Assembly (NCBI GenBank): GCA_046262595.1
Contig: JBHEMM010000037.1
Span: forward strand, 6,804 to 23,033
Source: Vulcanimicrobiaceae bacterium
Lineage (GTDB): Bacteria > Vulcanimicrobiota > Vulcanimicrobiia > Vulcanimicrobiales > Vulcanimicrobiaceae
Length of the DNA stretch: 16,230 nucleotides
Direction: 5' to 3'
Positions 16,225-16,230 of this stretch are shown piece after piece. The stretch's first letter is position 1. Each line of letters starts with the position of its first letter. The position numbers and the translations under genes are program-made. The notes under the pieces were generated by a model that was given only the letters and a program-made list of their open reading frames with translations, was not told the origin of the DNA and made no database searches.

Positions 16225-16230
16225 TTGACA
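16225..16230 (+). promoter_or_regulatory. putative sigma70/SigA -35 box of a promoter divergent from mfd
   Basis: Perfect TTGACA directly after the CIRCE arm; the -10 box would fall outside the window. Confidence 0.45.

Noticed and set aside
1..16230. CRISPR arrays, tRNA/rRNA genes, riboswitches, IS elements or prophage genes
   Set aside because: All intergenic gaps are under about 100 nt, and no repeat-spacer pattern, cloverleaf, transposase or integrase motif was seen by eye.

Overview
High-GC bacterial chromosomal window made up mostly of housekeeping genes on the minus strand. Reading right to left: mfd, prsA-like lipoprotein PPIase, a terminator, YabN-type mazG, a tandem TonB-C-domain protein and kal. 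After a gap come an S4-domain (YabO/RqcP-like) gene, whiA, gap, pgk, tpiA and gpmI, which runs off the left edge and is absent from the ORF track. The gap holds a plus-strand three-gene block: MATE-family transporter, Cys-rich GT4 glycosyltransferase and UDP-sulfoquinovose synthase (sqdB). This block is the best candidate for an undescribed system, possibly sulfoquinovose transfer by a GT that does not resemble SqdX. Other points of note are an orphan kal, an anchorless double TonB-C protein with paired cysteines, a YabN with a shortened methylase domain, and a perfect CIRCE left arm plus TTGACA at the right edge. WhiA/YabN/YabO/PrsA together with a TonB domain suggest a diderm Terrabacteria lineage such as Ca. 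Eremiobacterota (inference only). No rRNA, tRNA, CRISPR array or mobile element was seen. All protein calls come from motif recognition, not database searches.
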